Of a stretch of 50,991 nucleotides of DNA, positions 19,492 through 30,003 are shown piece by piece; the stretch's first letter is position 1, and every line of letters starts with the position of its first letter. This DNA is from an uncultured Woeseiaceae bacterium. Lineage in GTDB: Bacteria > Pseudomonadota > Gammaproteobacteria > Steroidobacterales > Woeseiaceae. The stretch lies in NCBI GenBank assembly GCA_937944275.1, contig CALDZH010000142.1, positions 1 through 50,991 of the forward strand, written 5' to 3'. Under the pieces are notes generated by a model. The model was not told the DNA's origin. It ran no database searches and saw only the letters and a program-made list of their open reading frames with translations. The position numbers and the translations under genes are program-made.

Positions 19492-21282
19492 ATGAAGCAC
19501 ATACGCAACTTCTCCATCATTGCCCATATTGATCATGGCAAGTCGACGCTGGCTGACCGATTTATCCACATGTGCGGTGGTCTCAGCGACCGCGAGATGT
19601 CCGAGCAGGTGCTCGACTCAATGGATCTCGAGCGGGAGCGCGGCATCACGATCAAAGCGCAAAGCGTCTCCCTCGATTACAAGGCTCGGGACGGCGAAAC
19701 CTACCAGTTGAACTTCATCGACACGCCCGGCCACGTGGACTTTTCCTACGAAGTGTCGCGATCGCTGGCCGCCTGTGAGGGGGCATTGCTTGTGGTTGAT
19801 GCTGCCCAGGGTGTTGAGGCACAAAGCGTTGCCAATTGCATTACCGCAATCGACCAGGGTCTCGAGGTGTTGCCAGTATTGAATAAGATCGACTTGCCTG
19901 CGGCTGAACCGGAAAAAGTTGTGGCCGAGATCGAAGACATCATCGGTATTGATGCCCAGGATGCTATTCACGTGAGCGCTAAAACCGGCAGAGGTGTTGC
20001 CGATTTACTGGAACAGCTGATTGAGGTTATTCCTCCACCTCAGGGTGATCCGGACGGACCATTGCAGGCGCTTATTATCGACTCCTGGTTCGACAACTAT
20101 GTCGGTGTGGTATCGCTGGTCCGAGTGGTCAATGGGTCCCTGCCAAAGCGCAGCAAGATCACGGTGATGTCGACCGGCATTTCCTACAACGCGGATCGGG
20201 TCGGCGTTTATACGCCGAAGATGGAAGATCGTGACGCACTTAACGCCGGCGAGGTTGGTTTTGTTATCGCGGGAATCAAGGACATTTACGGCGCGCCGGT
20301 CGGCGATACGCTGACGTTGACGCGCCAACCCTGCGACGAGCCGCTACCGGGTTTCAAGCAGGTTCAGCCACGTGTTTTCTCCGGCCTGTTCCCAATAAGC
20401 TCCGATGATTACGAGAGTTTTCGTGAGGCTTTGCAGAAGCTGCGCCTGAACGATGCCGCTTTACATTTCGAGCCAGAAACATCGGCCGCGCTGGGCTTCG
20501 GATTTCGCTGCGGCTTCCTCGGCATGTTGCATATGGAGATCGTTCAGGAACGACTGGAACGCGAATATGACCTTGAGCTGATTACGACGGCCCCGACCGT
20601 GGTCTTCGAGATCGTTGATACGAGTGACAATGTTCTCTACGTCGACAACCCTTCGAAACTTCCGCCGACAAATGAAGTGGCGGAGCTGCGTGAACCCATT
20701 ATCGCTGCCAATATTCTCGTTCCTGAGGCTTATGTTGGCGCGGTGATCAAATTGTGCATCGAAAAGCGTGGTGCACAAACACAAATGCGGTATCTGGGCG
20801 GCCAGGTATCACTTGAGTACGAGATCCCTCTTGCGGAGGTAGTCGTCGACTTCTTTGACCGGCTGAAGTCAGTAAGCCGCGGCTTTGCATCGTTTGACTA
20901 CCATTTCCTGCGATTTGAACCCGCGCTGCTTGTACGGCTCGACGTGCTCATCAACAAGGATCGTGTGGACGCGCTTTCTGTGATCGTTCACAAGGAAAAT
21001 GTGAGAACTCGAGGCCGCGAACTTGTCGAAAAGATGAGAGAATTGATCCCTCGCCAGATGTTTGACGTGGCGATTCAGGCCGCGGTGGGTAGCCAGATCA
21101 TAGCGCGCAGCACGGTCAAGGCTCTGCGCAAGAATGTGACGGCCAAGTGCTATGGTGGTGACGTGTCGCGCAAGCGGAAACTGTTGGAAAAACAGAAGGC
21201 TGGCAAGAAGCGCATGAAACGCGTTGGATCTGTGGAGATTCCGCAGGAGGCATTTCTCGCTGTGTTGCGAACTGAAAAGTGA
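19492..21282 (+). CDS. lepA: Elongation factor 4 (LepA)
   Basis: [32 protein letters not shown]. 596 aa. Confidence 0.97.
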   Translation: MKHIRNFSIIAHIDHGKSTLADRFIHMCGGLSDREMSEQVLDSMDLERERGITIKAQSVSLDYKARDGETYQLNFIDTPGHVDFSYEVSRSLAACEGALLVVDAAQGVEAQSVANCITAIDQGLEVLPVLNKIDLPAAEPEKVVAEIEDIIGIDAQDAIHVSAKTGRGVADLLEQLIEVIPPPQGDPDGPLQALIIDSWFDNYVGVVSLVRVVNGSLPKRSKITVMSTGISYNADRVGVYTPKMEDRDALNAGEVGFVIAGIKDIYGAPVGDTLTLTRQPCDEPLPGFKQVQPRVFSGLFPISSDDYESFREALQKLRLNDAALHFEPETSAALGFGFRCGFLGMLHMEIVQERLEREYDLELITTAPTVVFEIVDTSDNVLYVDNPSKLPPTNEVAELREPIIAANILVPEAYVGAVIKLCIEKRGAQTQMRYLGGQVSLEYEIPLAEVVVDFFDRLKSVSRGFASFDYHFLRFEPALLVRLDVLINKDRVDALSVIVHKENVRTRGRELVEKMRELIPRQMFDVAIQAAVGSQIIARSTVKALRKNVTAKCYGGDVSRKRKLLEKQKAGKKRMKRVGSVEIPQEAFLAVLRTEK

Positions 21283-22053
21283 GTGAATAACTTGATTATT
21301 AACCTGGCACTGATTCTTACTGTACTGACCTTGCTGACGGGAATAGTCGTCGCGCTTGATAAAATTGTCTGGAAGACAGCGGAGGATGACAGCCGAGAAG
21401 CGGCACCTGGCGCCCTGCGTACGCTGGTTGAGTACTCACGTTCGTTTTTTCCCGTCTTACTGTTCGTCCTCGTCATTCGCTCGTTCATTTTTGAACCGTT
21501 CCGCATTCCATCCGGCTCGATGATGCCGACGTTGCTTGAGGGTGACTTCATCTTCGTCAAGAAATTTTCCTACGGCCTGCGCCTGCCCGTGACGGAAACA
21601 AAGATCATTGAAACTGGCGAGCCAAAGCGTGGCGATGTCATCGTCTTTCGTCTGCCATCGGATCCGAGTATCAACTACATCAAGCGCGTCATCGGCTTGC
21701 CCGGAGACACGGTTGTCTACGAACGACATCGCCTGACGATTAACGGTGAGCGGATCGATCTCTCACCAGGCGATGATAATTCCTGGAATGCCCCGTTGTT
21801 CATTGAGGACCTGGATGGTCGCGTGCATGACATCCTCGTAACCAACCCGGAGTTTTCGACGCGCGATAATACCTATGTCGTGCCTGACGGGCAGTACTTC
21901 GTCATGGGTGACAACCGCGATCGCAGCAAGGATAGCCGTTTCATAGGGGCAATCCCTGAGGAGTTCCTGGTTGGCGAGGCGGTGCGAATCTGGATGCATT
22001 TTGTACCGTGGAATATGCCGGACTGGGGCCGCATTGGTGCAAAAATCCAATAA
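21283..22053 (+). CDS. lepB: Signal peptidase I
   Basis: Catalytic boxes IPSGSMMPTL and YIKRVIGLPGD, plus GDNRDRSKDSR. The GTG start follows the lepA stop. Confidence 0.93.
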   Translation: MNNLIINLALILTVLTLLTGIVVALDKIVWKTAEDDSREAAPGALRTLVEYSRSFFPVLLFVLVIRSFIFEPFRIPSGSMMPTLLEGDFIFVKKFSYGLRLPVTETKIIETGEPKRGDVIVFRLPSDPSINYIKRVIGLPGDTVVYERHRLTINGERIDLSPGDDNSWNAPLFIEDLDGRVHDILVTNPEFSTRDNTYVVPDGQYFVMGDNRDRSKDSRFIGAIPEEFLVGEAVRIWMHFVPWNMPDWGRIGAKIQ

Positions 22054-22157
22054 TGTGGTGTAAGTCACTGTATTGAAGGGTAAAATCGCGATACGTTGGC
22101 TTATGTAGCGCAGCCAGAGAGTAGCCGAAACGCAGCGAGTCGAACGGAGAGCAAGGT

Positions 22158-22553
22158 ATGTCATTGAAAGTTATGGAAAAAATGAGCAGCAAGCGCCGGC
22201 AGGCAGGAATGACGACCCTGGGCCTGATAATTCTGGTGTCATTCCTCGGTTTGTTCGCATTCGCCGGCATTCGCCTGACCCCTGTCTACCTCAACTACAT
22301 GAAAGTCGTTGGCGTCATTGATGGCGTGGACGAGGAGTTTGACGGGACGGGCGCAACCAGTACAGCAATACGCAAGTCGATCTCGCGACGTTTCGATATT
22401 GAGAGTGTCGCTGTGATCACGGCCAAGGACATCAACGTAAAGAAAACGGCCGAAGGGTATGAGGTCGTTGCTGTCTACTCTCATAAAGCTCCGTTCATCG
22501 CCAACGTCTCTTTTCTGGTGGACTTCGACAAAAGAACTACGGTCCGCCGTTAG
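22158..22553 (+). CDS. DUF4845 domain-containing membrane-anchored protein
   Basis: N-terminal TM helix followed by PVYLNYMKV. It holds the typical position between lepB and rnc. Several in-frame ATGs (22173, 22182, 22209) make the start uncertain. Confidence 0.65.
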   Translation: MSLKVMEKMSSKRRQAGMTTLGLIILVSFLGLFAFAGIRLTPVYLNYMKVVGVIDGVDEEFDGTGATSTAIRKSISRRFDIESVAVITAKDINVKKTAEGYEVVAVYSHKAPFIANVSFLVDFDKRTTVRR

Positions 22554-22596
22554 ACCACGATGACCGCGATGCGGTCTGGCACAAAGAGCGATTACA

Positions 22597-23280
22597 TTGG
22601 AAAAGGCCGAGAGCTGGCTCTACAAGGCGCTGCATTATCGGTTTCGTGACGCCACACTTTTTGAGCAGGCGCTGACGCACAGAAGTGCGACAGGGCGTAA
22701 TAATGAGCGCCTCGAATTCCTCGGTGACGCCGTTCTCGATTTCGTAATTTCAGATTTCGTATTCAAAAGTCATCCGAACGCTTCCGAAGGTGACCTGAGC
22801 AAGTTACGTTCGTCCCTCGTAAAGGATACGTCGTTGGCCGGACTCGCTTCTAATCTCGGTCTGGGAGAGTTCCTGATCCTTGGCAGCGGTGAGCGCAAGA
22901 CAGGCGGCCATCGCCGCGAATCCATTCTCGCTGATGCACTGGAGGCAATTTTTGGTGCCGTGTATCTCGATTCCGGCTACGAGGCTTCGAAGGAGATTAT
23001 CGAGCATGTGTTTGCGCAGCGACTGGAGAACCTTCCGGATGTTGACGACCTCCGGGATCCAAAAACGCGACTGCAGGAATGGCTCCAGGCCCGCAAACTC
23101 GCGTTGCCGGACTACGAGCTGGTGAATGTTACCGGCAAGGCACACCAGCAGACATTTGCCGTGACTTGCACGGTGAACGAACTGTCTCAAACTACGCATG
23201 GTGAATCGACCACGCGCCAGAAAGCGGAGCAGAAATCGGCGCGGGACATGTTGAAGATCCTGTCGGGAGAACGTCCGTGA
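22597..23280 (+). CDS. rnc: Ribonuclease III
   Basis: Signature NERLEFLGDAVL and a C-terminal dsRBD. TTG start. Confidence 0.95.
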   Translation: MEKAESWLYKALHYRFRDATLFEQALTHRSATGRNNERLEFLGDAVLDFVISDFVFKSHPNASEGDLSKLRSSLVKDTSLAGLASNLGLGEFLILGSGERKTGGHRRESILADALEAIFGAVYLDSGYEASKEIIEHVFAQRLENLPDVDDLRDPKTRLQEWLQARKLALPDYELVNVTGKAHQQTFAVTCTVNELSQTTHGESTTRQKAEQKSARDMLKILSGERP

Positions 23281-24170
23281 GCGACTATCGCTGTGGCCTG
23301 GTCGCTGTCATCGGTCGACCCAACGTCGGCAAATCCACGTTGATCAACGCGGTCATGGGTCGGAAAGTCAGTATCGTAACGGCAAAACCGCAGACTACGC
23401 GGCATCGTATTCTTGCCGTGCATACCGGTCCTGATACACAGATCATCTTTGTTGATACGCCCGGCCTGCACCGCAAGGCAGGCAAAGCGATGAACAGGCT
23501 GATGAACCGCACTGCTGCCAACGCGCTTGCAGATGCTGACGTTATCCTGTTCGTAACCGACGCGACTCACTGGATGCCGGAGGACGAGGACGTACTCAAG
23601 CGCCTGAGGAATGTACAAGCGCCAGTCGTTGCGGTGTTGAACAAGGTCGACAAAGTGCATCCCAAGGAGCAGCTCCTTAACACGATGGGGTTGATGGCCG
23701 CGCGGCATGATTTTGCGGAAATCGTTCCAGTATCGGCTCTCAAGCAGGACAATCTGGATCACCTGCTGGACATATTGCCGCCTTTCCTGCCCGAGTCACC
23801 GCCTTTGTTTCCTGACGACATGTACACGGATCGGAGTAAGGAATTTCATGCGGCAGAGGTTATTCGAGAAAAACTGACGTTGATGCTGCATCAGGAATTG
23901 CCTTACGGACTCACCGTGCAGGTAGAGCGGTTTCTCGATGAGGAAAGCGGCATTACCATTAATGCGGTCATCTGGGTCGAACGTGATAGTCAGAAAGGAA
24001 TCGTTGTCGGCAAGAACGGCGGCGTTCTTAAGAAAGTAGGGCGAGCGGCTCGCCTTGAACTCAAAGACCAGCTCCAACGCAATGTTCACCTCGAGCTGTG
24101 GGTAAAAGTGAAGAGCAACTGGGCGGATAATGAAGCCGATCTCATTAATCTCGGCTATGAGGCACCGTAA
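23277..24170 (+). CDS. era: GTPase Era
   Basis: GRPNVGKSTL, DTPG, NKVD and a KH domain. The GTG start overlaps the rnc stop (GTGA). Confidence 0.96.
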   Translation: MSDYRCGLVAVIGRPNVGKSTLINAVMGRKVSIVTAKPQTTRHRILAVHTGPDTQIIFVDTPGLHRKAGKAMNRLMNRTAANALADADVILFVTDATHWMPEDEDVLKRLRNVQAPVVAVLNKVDKVHPKEQLLNTMGLMAARHDFAEIVPVSALKQDNLDHLLDILPPFLPESPPLFPDDMYTDRSKEFHAAEVIREKLTLMLHQELPYGLTVQVERFLDEESGITINAVIWVERDSQKGIVVGKNGGVLKKVGRAARLELKDQLQRNVHLELWVKVKSNWADNEADLINLGYEAP

Positions 24171-24182
24171 CGGCACAGTTCG

Positions 24183-24935
24183 ATGAGCAGTCGCGTTCAA
24201 CAACAGTCCGCCTTCATCCTGCATCACCGGCCGTTTCGCGATTCCAGCCAGATACTCGATGTCCTGACGCGCGATCACGGCAAGGTTGCCGTGGTGGCGC
24301 GCGGGAGCCGCGGTTCGAAGTCCCGGCTGGCAGGCGTCTTACGTCCATTCCTGCCGTTGCGCGTGTCCTGGGTTGCCAAGTCGGATCTTGGCACTCTCAC
24401 GGGGGCCGAGGCGGCGGGTGCGCCGGCGGGCCTTAGGGGAGACGCACTGCTATCAGCCTACTATGTTAACGAACTGATGTTGCACTTCCTGCACCGCCAC
24501 GATCCACAGCCTGAAATCTTTGAGCTCTACGCGGAAGTCATTCCAACGTTATGCACTACCGTCAATGTGGCAGCGTGTCTGCGCGGTTTTGAGCTGGAAC
24601 TGCTGGGCTTGCTTGGTTACGCGGTGAGTCTTGATCATGAGGCTGGTAGTCAGAGAGATATCGAGCCGGAACATAATTACGAATATCGAGTCGAGCAGGG
24701 TCCTGTCCCGGTTGACAGATCCGAGGGGCCGCTTGTGTTCTCTGGGGAGACCTTGCTTGCCATTGGGGCCGGTCAGTTTGAGGATGATCACGTGCTGCGT
24801 GCGGCGAATCGACTGTTACGCGCGGTCATTGCCCATAATTTGGGCGGTAGGGAGTTGCAGAGCCGTAAGGTGCTGCTGGAGGTGCATCGCGGTAGAATTG
24901 CGCCCTCTGAAAAGCGGGACCCCTTAAATGACTGA
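24183..24935 (+). CDS. recO: DNA repair protein RecO
   Basis: [23 protein letters not shown]-terminus. 250 aa, era-recO-pdxJ synteny. Confidence 0.9.
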   Translation: MSSRVQQQSAFILHHRPFRDSSQILDVLTRDHGKVAVVARGSRGSKSRLAGVLRPFLPLRVSWVAKSDLGTLTGAEAAGAPAGLRGDALLSAYYVNELMLHFLHRHDPQPEIFELYAEVIPTLCTTVNVAACLRGFELELLGLLGYAVSLDHEAGSQRDIEPEHNYEYRVEQGPVPVDRSEGPLVFSGETLLAIGAGQFEDDHVLRAANRLLRAVIAHNLGGRELQSRKVLLEVHRGRIAPSEKRDPLND

Positions 24936-25668
24936 GGACAATTCGATTTTCCTTGGCGTGAACATTGACCATGTTGCAACGCTGCGGCAGGCGCGCGGTA
25001 CGACATACCCGAGGCCGGCTGAAGCTGCCTATGCAGTCGAACATGCTGGTGCCGACAGCATTACCGTGCATTTGCGGGAGGATCGGCGCCATATCCAGGA
25101 TCACGACCTCGACGAGATAATCGCGGTCATGCGAACGCATATGAATCTTGAAATGGCGGTCACGGATGAAATGATTGCGATTGCCAAAAGAATCGGGCCA
25201 CAGGACGTCTGCCTGGTGCCTGAAAAACGCGAGGAACTGACAACCGAAGGCGGCCTCGACGTTGCCGGCCAGCTGGAAAAGGTTCGAGCGGCGTGTGGCG
25301 AATTGGGTGATGCGGGCATTCGCGTATCGCTGTTTATCGACCCGGATAAGGAGCAATTGGATGCCGCGGTGTCTGCCGGTGCGCCCGTCGTGGAGCTGCA
25401 CACGGGCAAATACGCCGACGCGGACGGTGAAGAGCAGGCTGCGGAGCTGCAGCGCATTGTCGAGGCTGCGAAGTTCGGCCACGACCTCGGCCTCGTTATC
25501 AACGCCGGGCACGGATTGCACTACCAGAACGTCAAGCCGATCGCGCGTATCGCACAGATTGTCGAACTCAATATCGGTCACTCGATCATTGCGCGAGCCG
25601 TCTTCGACGGCATTACCTCTGCGGTCAGCGAGATGAAAAAACTAATGCTTGAAGCGCGCGCCGGATGA
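24928..25668 (+). CDS. pdxJ: Pyridoxine 5'-phosphate synthase
   Basis: [31 protein letters not shown] motifs. Confidence 0.96.
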   Translation: MTEDNSIFLGVNIDHVATLRQARGTTYPRPAEAAYAVEHAGADSITVHLREDRRHIQDHDLDEIIAVMRTHMNLEMAVTDEMIAIAKRIGPQDVCLVPEKREELTTEGGLDVAGQLEKVRAACGELGDAGIRVSLFIDPDKEQLDAAVSAGAPVVELHTGKYADADGEEQAAELQRIVEAAKFGHDLGLVINAGHGLHYQNVKPIARIAQIVELNIGHSIIARAVFDGITSAVSEMKKLMLEARAG

Positions 25669-25675
25669 CTGGCGC

Positions 25676-26068
25676 GTGATATACGGAATTGGCACCGACA
25701 TTGTCGAACTGAGCCGTGTACAGGGTATCTATGACCGCTACGGTGATCACTTCGCGCGCCGTATTCTTATGGATGAAGAGCTTGAGCTTTATGGCCGTAC
25801 CCCGGACCCGGTGCGTTTCCTGGCAATGCGTTTTGCGGGTAAGGAAGCGACGGTCAAGGCAATGGGTACGGGCTTTGCACACGGTGTCTGGCTTAGAGAC
25901 GTTGGCATTCTCAATAACGACTGGGGCCGTCCCGTAATCGTCTGGTCGGACCGCGGCAGTCGAGTGTGCGCGCGGCTTGGCATAGGCAGTGGCCATGTCA
26001 GCCTCACCGATGATGCAGGCCTCGTGATGGCGTTTGCGATCGTCGAGCATGCAGTACACAAGGATTAG
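25676..26068 (+). CDS. acpS: Holo-[acyl-carrier-protein] synthase
   Basis: The (V)IYGIGTDIVEL N-terminus aligns with the E. coli AcpS start. FAGKEATVKA motif. ATG 25649 is a longer alternative that overlaps pdxJ. Confidence 0.9.
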   Translation: MIYGIGTDIVELSRVQGIYDRYGDHFARRILMDEELELYGRTPDPVRFLAMRFAGKEATVKAMGTGFAHGVWLRDVGILNNDWGRPVIVWSDRGSRVCARLGIGSGHVSLTDDAGLVMAFAIVEHAVHKD

Positions 26069-26076
26069 GCAAAATC

Positions 26077-26853
26077 ATGCATTGTTTTTCGTTTGATATT
26101 GAAACCGTGCCGGACGTGGAGTTCGGACGGCAACTCTTGGAGCTCGATGGCCTGTCGGATAAGGATGTTGCAACGGCGATGACGTTCAAACGCCAGCAGG
26201 CGGTAGGCCATGACTTTTTGCCGCTGCATCAGCATCGGGTCGTGGCTATTTCGGTGACGTTTCGCACGGCCGATACGTTCAAGGTCTGGAGCCTTGGTAA
26301 CGAGCAATCGGATGAGGCTGAACTCGTGCAGCGGTTTTTTGATGGCGTCGACCGATATACACCGGAGTTGATTTCGTGGAACGGCGGTGGCTTTGACTTG
26401 CCCGTGTTGCACTACAGGGCCCTGAAGCACGGCATCCAGGCACCTCGGTACTGGGAAAACGGCGAATCCGATCGCGACTTCAAGTGGAACAACTACCTGA
26501 GTCGTTACCATTGGCGACACGTGGACCTGATGGACGTGCTGGCTAACTTCAACAACCGCGCGTTCGCCAAGCTCGACGAAGTCGCTGTCATGCTCGGTTT
26601 CCCGGGCAAGCTGGGCATGAGTGGCGCAAAGGTGTGGGACAAATACGTCGAGGGTGGCATCAAGGAAATACGCGACTACTGTGAGACCGATGTGTTGAAT
26701 ACCTGGCTCGTCTATCTGCGCTTCGAATACATGCGGGGTAACCTCGACGAGAAGGACCTGCAACGTGAGTATGCGTTGGTGCGCAATACGCTTGCAGCGC
26801 TCGACCTGCCGCATCTCAACGAGTTTCTCGTGGCCTGGCCCGAGCAGGGCTAG
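26077..26853 (+). CDS. Stand-alone predicted 3'-5' exonuclease related to the PolB exonuclease domain (COG3298-like)
   Basis: Exo I FDIET, Exo II NGGGFDLPVL and Exo III YCETDV are all present. 258 aa. Confidence 0.7.
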   Translation: MHCFSFDIETVPDVEFGRQLLELDGLSDKDVATAMTFKRQQAVGHDFLPLHQHRVVAISVTFRTADTFKVWSLGNEQSDEAELVQRFFDGVDRYTPELISWNGGGFDLPVLHYRALKHGIQAPRYWENGESDRDFKWNNYLSRYHWRHVDLMDVLANFNNRAFAKLDEVAVMLGFPGKLGMSGAKVWDKYVEGGIKEIRDYCETDVLNTWLVYLRFEYMRGNLDEKDLQREYALVRNTLAALDLPHLNEFLVAWPEQG

Positions 26854-26855
26854 CG

Positions 26856-28178
26856 ATGGCCAGGAAGAAGCGTCGTGAACCGGAGACGGCAGCGATTACA
26901 TCGGTAGCACACGACGGCAGAGGAATTGCCGCAACCGAAGGGAAGAAGGTCTTCGTTGCCGGGGCCCTGGAAGGCGAAACCGTTACGTTCATGCGGCGCA
27001 AATTCCGACGAAATTTCGACGAAGCAGAATTACTCGAGGTGCATGAGGCTTCGCCAGACCGCATTGATGCAAAGTGCGAAGCATTCGATCGTTGTGGAGG
27101 ATGTTCGCTGCAACACATAAGCCCGGAACATCAGCGCGATATAAAGGCGCAAACATTGCGGGATAATCTCGAGCGTATTGGACGTGTCGAACCGGGCGCC
27201 TGGCTGGACTCCATGACTGGTCCGCTATGGAATTACCGGCGCCGCGCACGACTTGCGGTTAAGGACGTCCCAGCCAAGGGGCGTACTCTGGTTGGTTTCA
27301 GGGAGAGGCACGCGCCATTCATTGCGGACATGCATCGCTGCGAAGTCCTTGCCAAGCCACTCGACTCGATGGTCGCGGATCTCAGCGAACTGGTCAGTGG
27401 ATTGTCGATTCGTGCGCGCCTGCCGCAAATAGAAGTTGCTGTTGCGGAGAATGACATCGCTCTTGTGTTTCGCGTGCTCGATCCGCTAACCGAAGCGGAC
27501 GAAGCGCTATTCCGTTCATTCGGCGAACGGCACGAACTGCGTATATACCTGCAGACGGGCGGCCTGGACTCCGTCGCGCTTTTTTACCCGGAGTCGGTCG
27601 ATGAGCCGCTCTATTACACGTTGCCCGAATTTAAGATTCAGATCGAATTCGAGCCAATAGATTTCGTCCAGGTAAACAGCAATATCAACCAGCGCATGGT
27701 GCACTTTGCGGTGGAACAGTTGGCAGTCGGACCGGCGGACAGGGTGCTCGATCTTTTTTGTGGCATCGGTAACTTCTCCCTGCCGCTGGCTCGAAAGGCT
27801 GGCGCCGTACTGGGCATCGAAGGCGAAAAAACGCTTGTCGAACGGGCTACGGATAATGCCAGGAGAAACGGACTCGATAACGTCACGTTTCGTGTTGCGG
27901 ATCTCAGCAAGATCGACGGCACTGAAAGCTGGGTCCGACAGGGCTGGGATCGCTTGCTCCTCGATCCTGCGCGCAGTGGCGCTGCCGAAGTGGTCACGCG
28001 TATGCACCTTTTTAATCCGGAGCGTATTGTCTATGTATCCTGTCACCCGGGCACGCTGGCCCGTGACGCAGGTACACTGGTGCACGAACAGGGCTACCGC
28101 CTGGATTCGGCCGGGATCATCGATATGTTCCCGCACACGGCGCATGTAGAATCTATCGCGGTATTCACGAAATCGTGA
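26856..28178 (+). CDS. rlmD: 23S rRNA (uracil1939-C5)-methyltransferase RlmD (RumA)
   Basis: TRAM N-terminus, Fe-S Cys cluster (C..CGGCSLQH), AdoMet motif DLFCGIGNFSLPLA and catalytic YVSCHP. Confidence 0.9.
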   Translation: MARKKRREPETAAITSVAHDGRGIAATEGKKVFVAGALEGETVTFMRRKFRRNFDEAELLEVHEASPDRIDAKCEAFDRCGGCSLQHISPEHQRDIKAQTLRDNLERIGRVEPGAWLDSMTGPLWNYRRRARLAVKDVPAKGRTLVGFRERHAPFIADMHRCEVLAKPLDSMVADLSELVSGLSIRARLPQIEVAVAENDIALVFRVLDPLTEADEALFRSFGERHELRIYLQTGGLDSVALFYPESVDEPLYYTLPEFKIQIEFEPIDFVQVNSNINQRMVHFAVEQLAVGPADRVLDLFCGIGNFSLPLARKAGAVLGIEGEKTLVERATDNARRNGLDNVTFRVADLSKIDGTESWVRQGWDRLLLDPARSGAAEVVTRMHLFNPERIVYVSCHPGTLARDAGTLVHEQGYRLDSAGIIDMFPHTAHVESIAVFTKS

Positions 28179-28201
28179 CGGCACACAGTGAGGCACGACG
28201 A

Positions 28202-29248
28202 ATGTCATTGGGGCCCGTGATGCTCGACATTGAGGGGCGCTCCCTAAGCCCCGCCGACCGCGACCTGCTGCGGGAACCGGCTGTGGGCGGCGTCATTCTG
28301 TTTACTCGCAATTATGAATCGCCGGAACAGATTGCCGATCTTGTCGGCGAAATACGTGCGTTGCGCAGCCCGCCGTTGCTTGTGGCTGTGGATCACGAGG
28401 GCGGTCGTGTGCAGCGGTTTCGAGAAGGCTTTACCGAGATTCCGCCAATGCGTCGAATTGGTCAGGAGTATGACCGTGACACCGCGGCTGGACTGCAGGC
28501 GGCGCGCGAGGCAGGTTGGCTCATCGCGTCCGAATTGCGGGCTGCCGGCATTGACCTGTGTTTTGCTCCATGCGTCGATCTGGACTGGGGTGTCAGTGAG
28601 ATAATCGGCAATCGGTCATTTCACAGGAAGCCCGATACTGTCGCCGACCTCGCCACTGAGTTTGCGCGGGGACTTCGCAGCGCGGGAATGGCGGCCGTTG
28701 CGAAGCACTTTCCCGGTCATGGCGCTGTGCTCGCGGATTCGCACCTGAAACTTCCGGTCGATCGCAGAGATTACGGCCTGATCCTGGACGATCTGCGTCC
28801 TTATGATCGACTGATCGGCAATGGGGCTATAGCCGGCGTGATGTTGGCCCACATCATCTACGAGCAGATCGACGGGCTGCCGGCCGGATTTTCGGAGTAC
28901 TGGATTCAGCGCGAGCTGCGCTCGAGACTGGGTTTTGGTGGCGCGGTCTTTTGTGATGATCTGAGCATGAAGGCAACTCGCGACTATGGGTCGATGGCCG
29001 AACGTGGGCGGCGCGCACTCGACGCGGGCTGTGACATGATCCTTGTATGCAACGATCGTGATGCGGCACACGAAGCAGTTGCGGCACTAAATGACTACTC
29101 TAATCCGTTGTCGCTTGTGCGTCTTGCGCGCTTGCATGGCACCGGGCATCCTTTGCGCGAAACCTTGCTAGCCACTGACGAATGGCAGGCTGTCAACAAG
29201 CGATTTGCTCACTGGAGCGATCGTCCCGAATTTCATCTGGACGCGTAG
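28202..29248 (+). CDS. nagZ: Beta-N-acetylhexosaminidase NagZ
   Basis: GPVMLDIEG, VGGVILFTRN, VDHEGGRVQRF, KHFPGHG. ATG 28202 matches the Pseudomonas NagZ N-terminus; ATG 28175 is an alternative. Confidence 0.92.
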   Translation: MSLGPVMLDIEGRSLSPADRDLLREPAVGGVILFTRNYESPEQIADLVGEIRALRSPPLLVAVDHEGGRVQRFREGFTEIPPMRRIGQEYDRDTAAGLQAAREAGWLIASELRAAGIDLCFAPCVDLDWGVSEIIGNRSFHRKPDTVADLATEFARGLRSAGMAAVAKHFPGHGAVLADSHLKLPVDRRDYGLILDDLRPYDRLIGNGAIAGVMLAHIIYEQIDGLPAGFSEYWIQRELRSRLGFGGAVFCDDLSMKATRDYGSMAERGRRALDAGCDMILVCNDRDAAHEAVAALNDYSNPLSLVRLARLHGTGHPLRETLLATDEWQAVNKRFAHWSDRPEFHLDA

Positions 29249-29258
29249 GAATCCGTTC

Positions 29259-29993
29259 ATGACCGCGACGTATGCACTCATTACTGGCAGCGGCTGGGAA
29301 GACCTGGCAGAGGGTGGCCTGGGGTCCGAAGTGGAAACAGCCTATGGGCTGCCGTCCGCTCCTGTTCACCGGCTGCATTTTGGGAATCACCAGGTCCTCT
29401 CAATAGCGAGGCACGGTGAGGGACATGCGTTGCCTCCGCATATCATCAACTACCGTGCGAATGTCGTTGCCCTAAAGATACTGGGTGCAACCGCGATAAT
29501 CGCTTTGAATACGGTCGGCGCCGTTTCCTCGATCCGGCAACCGGGCCAGATAGCCGTTCCGGATCAACTCCTGGATTATACCTGGGGACGTGAACAGACA
29601 ATTTATGATGGCAGGCGCGGCATCGTGGATCACATCGACTTTACTCTGCCTTTTGCGGCGCATGTCAGGAAGGATATCCTCTCTGCGGCCGAGAGTGCCG
29701 GCGTCGATTGCTACGACGGCGGCGTATACGCGACTACGCAAGGACCGCGGCTTGAGACCGCCGCTGAAGTCGACCGTCTTGAACGCGACGGTGCGGACTA
29801 TGTTGGCATGACGGCCATGCCGGAGGCCGCGATCGCGCGAGAAGTGGGGCTTGACTACGCCTGTATCGCTCTGGTCGTGAACAAGGCGGCGGGGCGGGGC
29901 GAAATGCCTATTCACGATGACCTCCGGGTCAGCACGTCGGTCGCCCGAGATGCGACAATGTCGACCCTGCAAGCATTCTTCAGAAAGGTATGA
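29259..29993 (+). CDS. MTAP-family purine nucleoside phosphorylase (S-methyl-5'-thioinosine/adenosine phosphorylase type)
   Basis: ARHGEGHALPPHIINYRANVVALK, ATTQGPRLETAAE and VGMTAMPEA motifs. It follows nagZ as in Pseudomonas. Start ATG 29259. Confidence 0.82.
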   Translation: MTATYALITGSGWEDLAEGGLGSEVETAYGLPSAPVHRLHFGNHQVLSIARHGEGHALPPHIINYRANVVALKILGATAIIALNTVGAVSSIRQPGQIAVPDQLLDYTWGREQTIYDGRRGIVDHIDFTLPFAAHVRKDILSAAESAGVDCYDGGVYATTQGPRLETAAEVDRLERDGADYVGMTAMPEAAIAREVGLDYACIALVVNKAAGRGEMPIHDDLRVSTSVARDATMSTLQAFFRKV

Positions 29994-30003
29994 TGGTCGC
30001 CTG

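Noticed and set aside
22577-22591. A TGGCAC motif upstream of rnc as a possible sigma-54 promoter.
   Set aside because: The downstream element at the correct spacing is GCGA, not TTGC, so the GG-N10-GC rule is not met.
26065-26814. Long antisense ORFs that fully overlap recognisable genes. Examples: 26065..26814, 24826..25581, 41277..42185, 46421..47311, 7549..8331, 3448..4068, 27516..28208, 29472..30170.
   Set aside because: Each lies opposite a gene with unmistakable family motifs. Their products are Arg/Ala/Pro-rich, low-complexity and motif-free. Long stop-free antisense frames are expected in GC-rich coding DNA.
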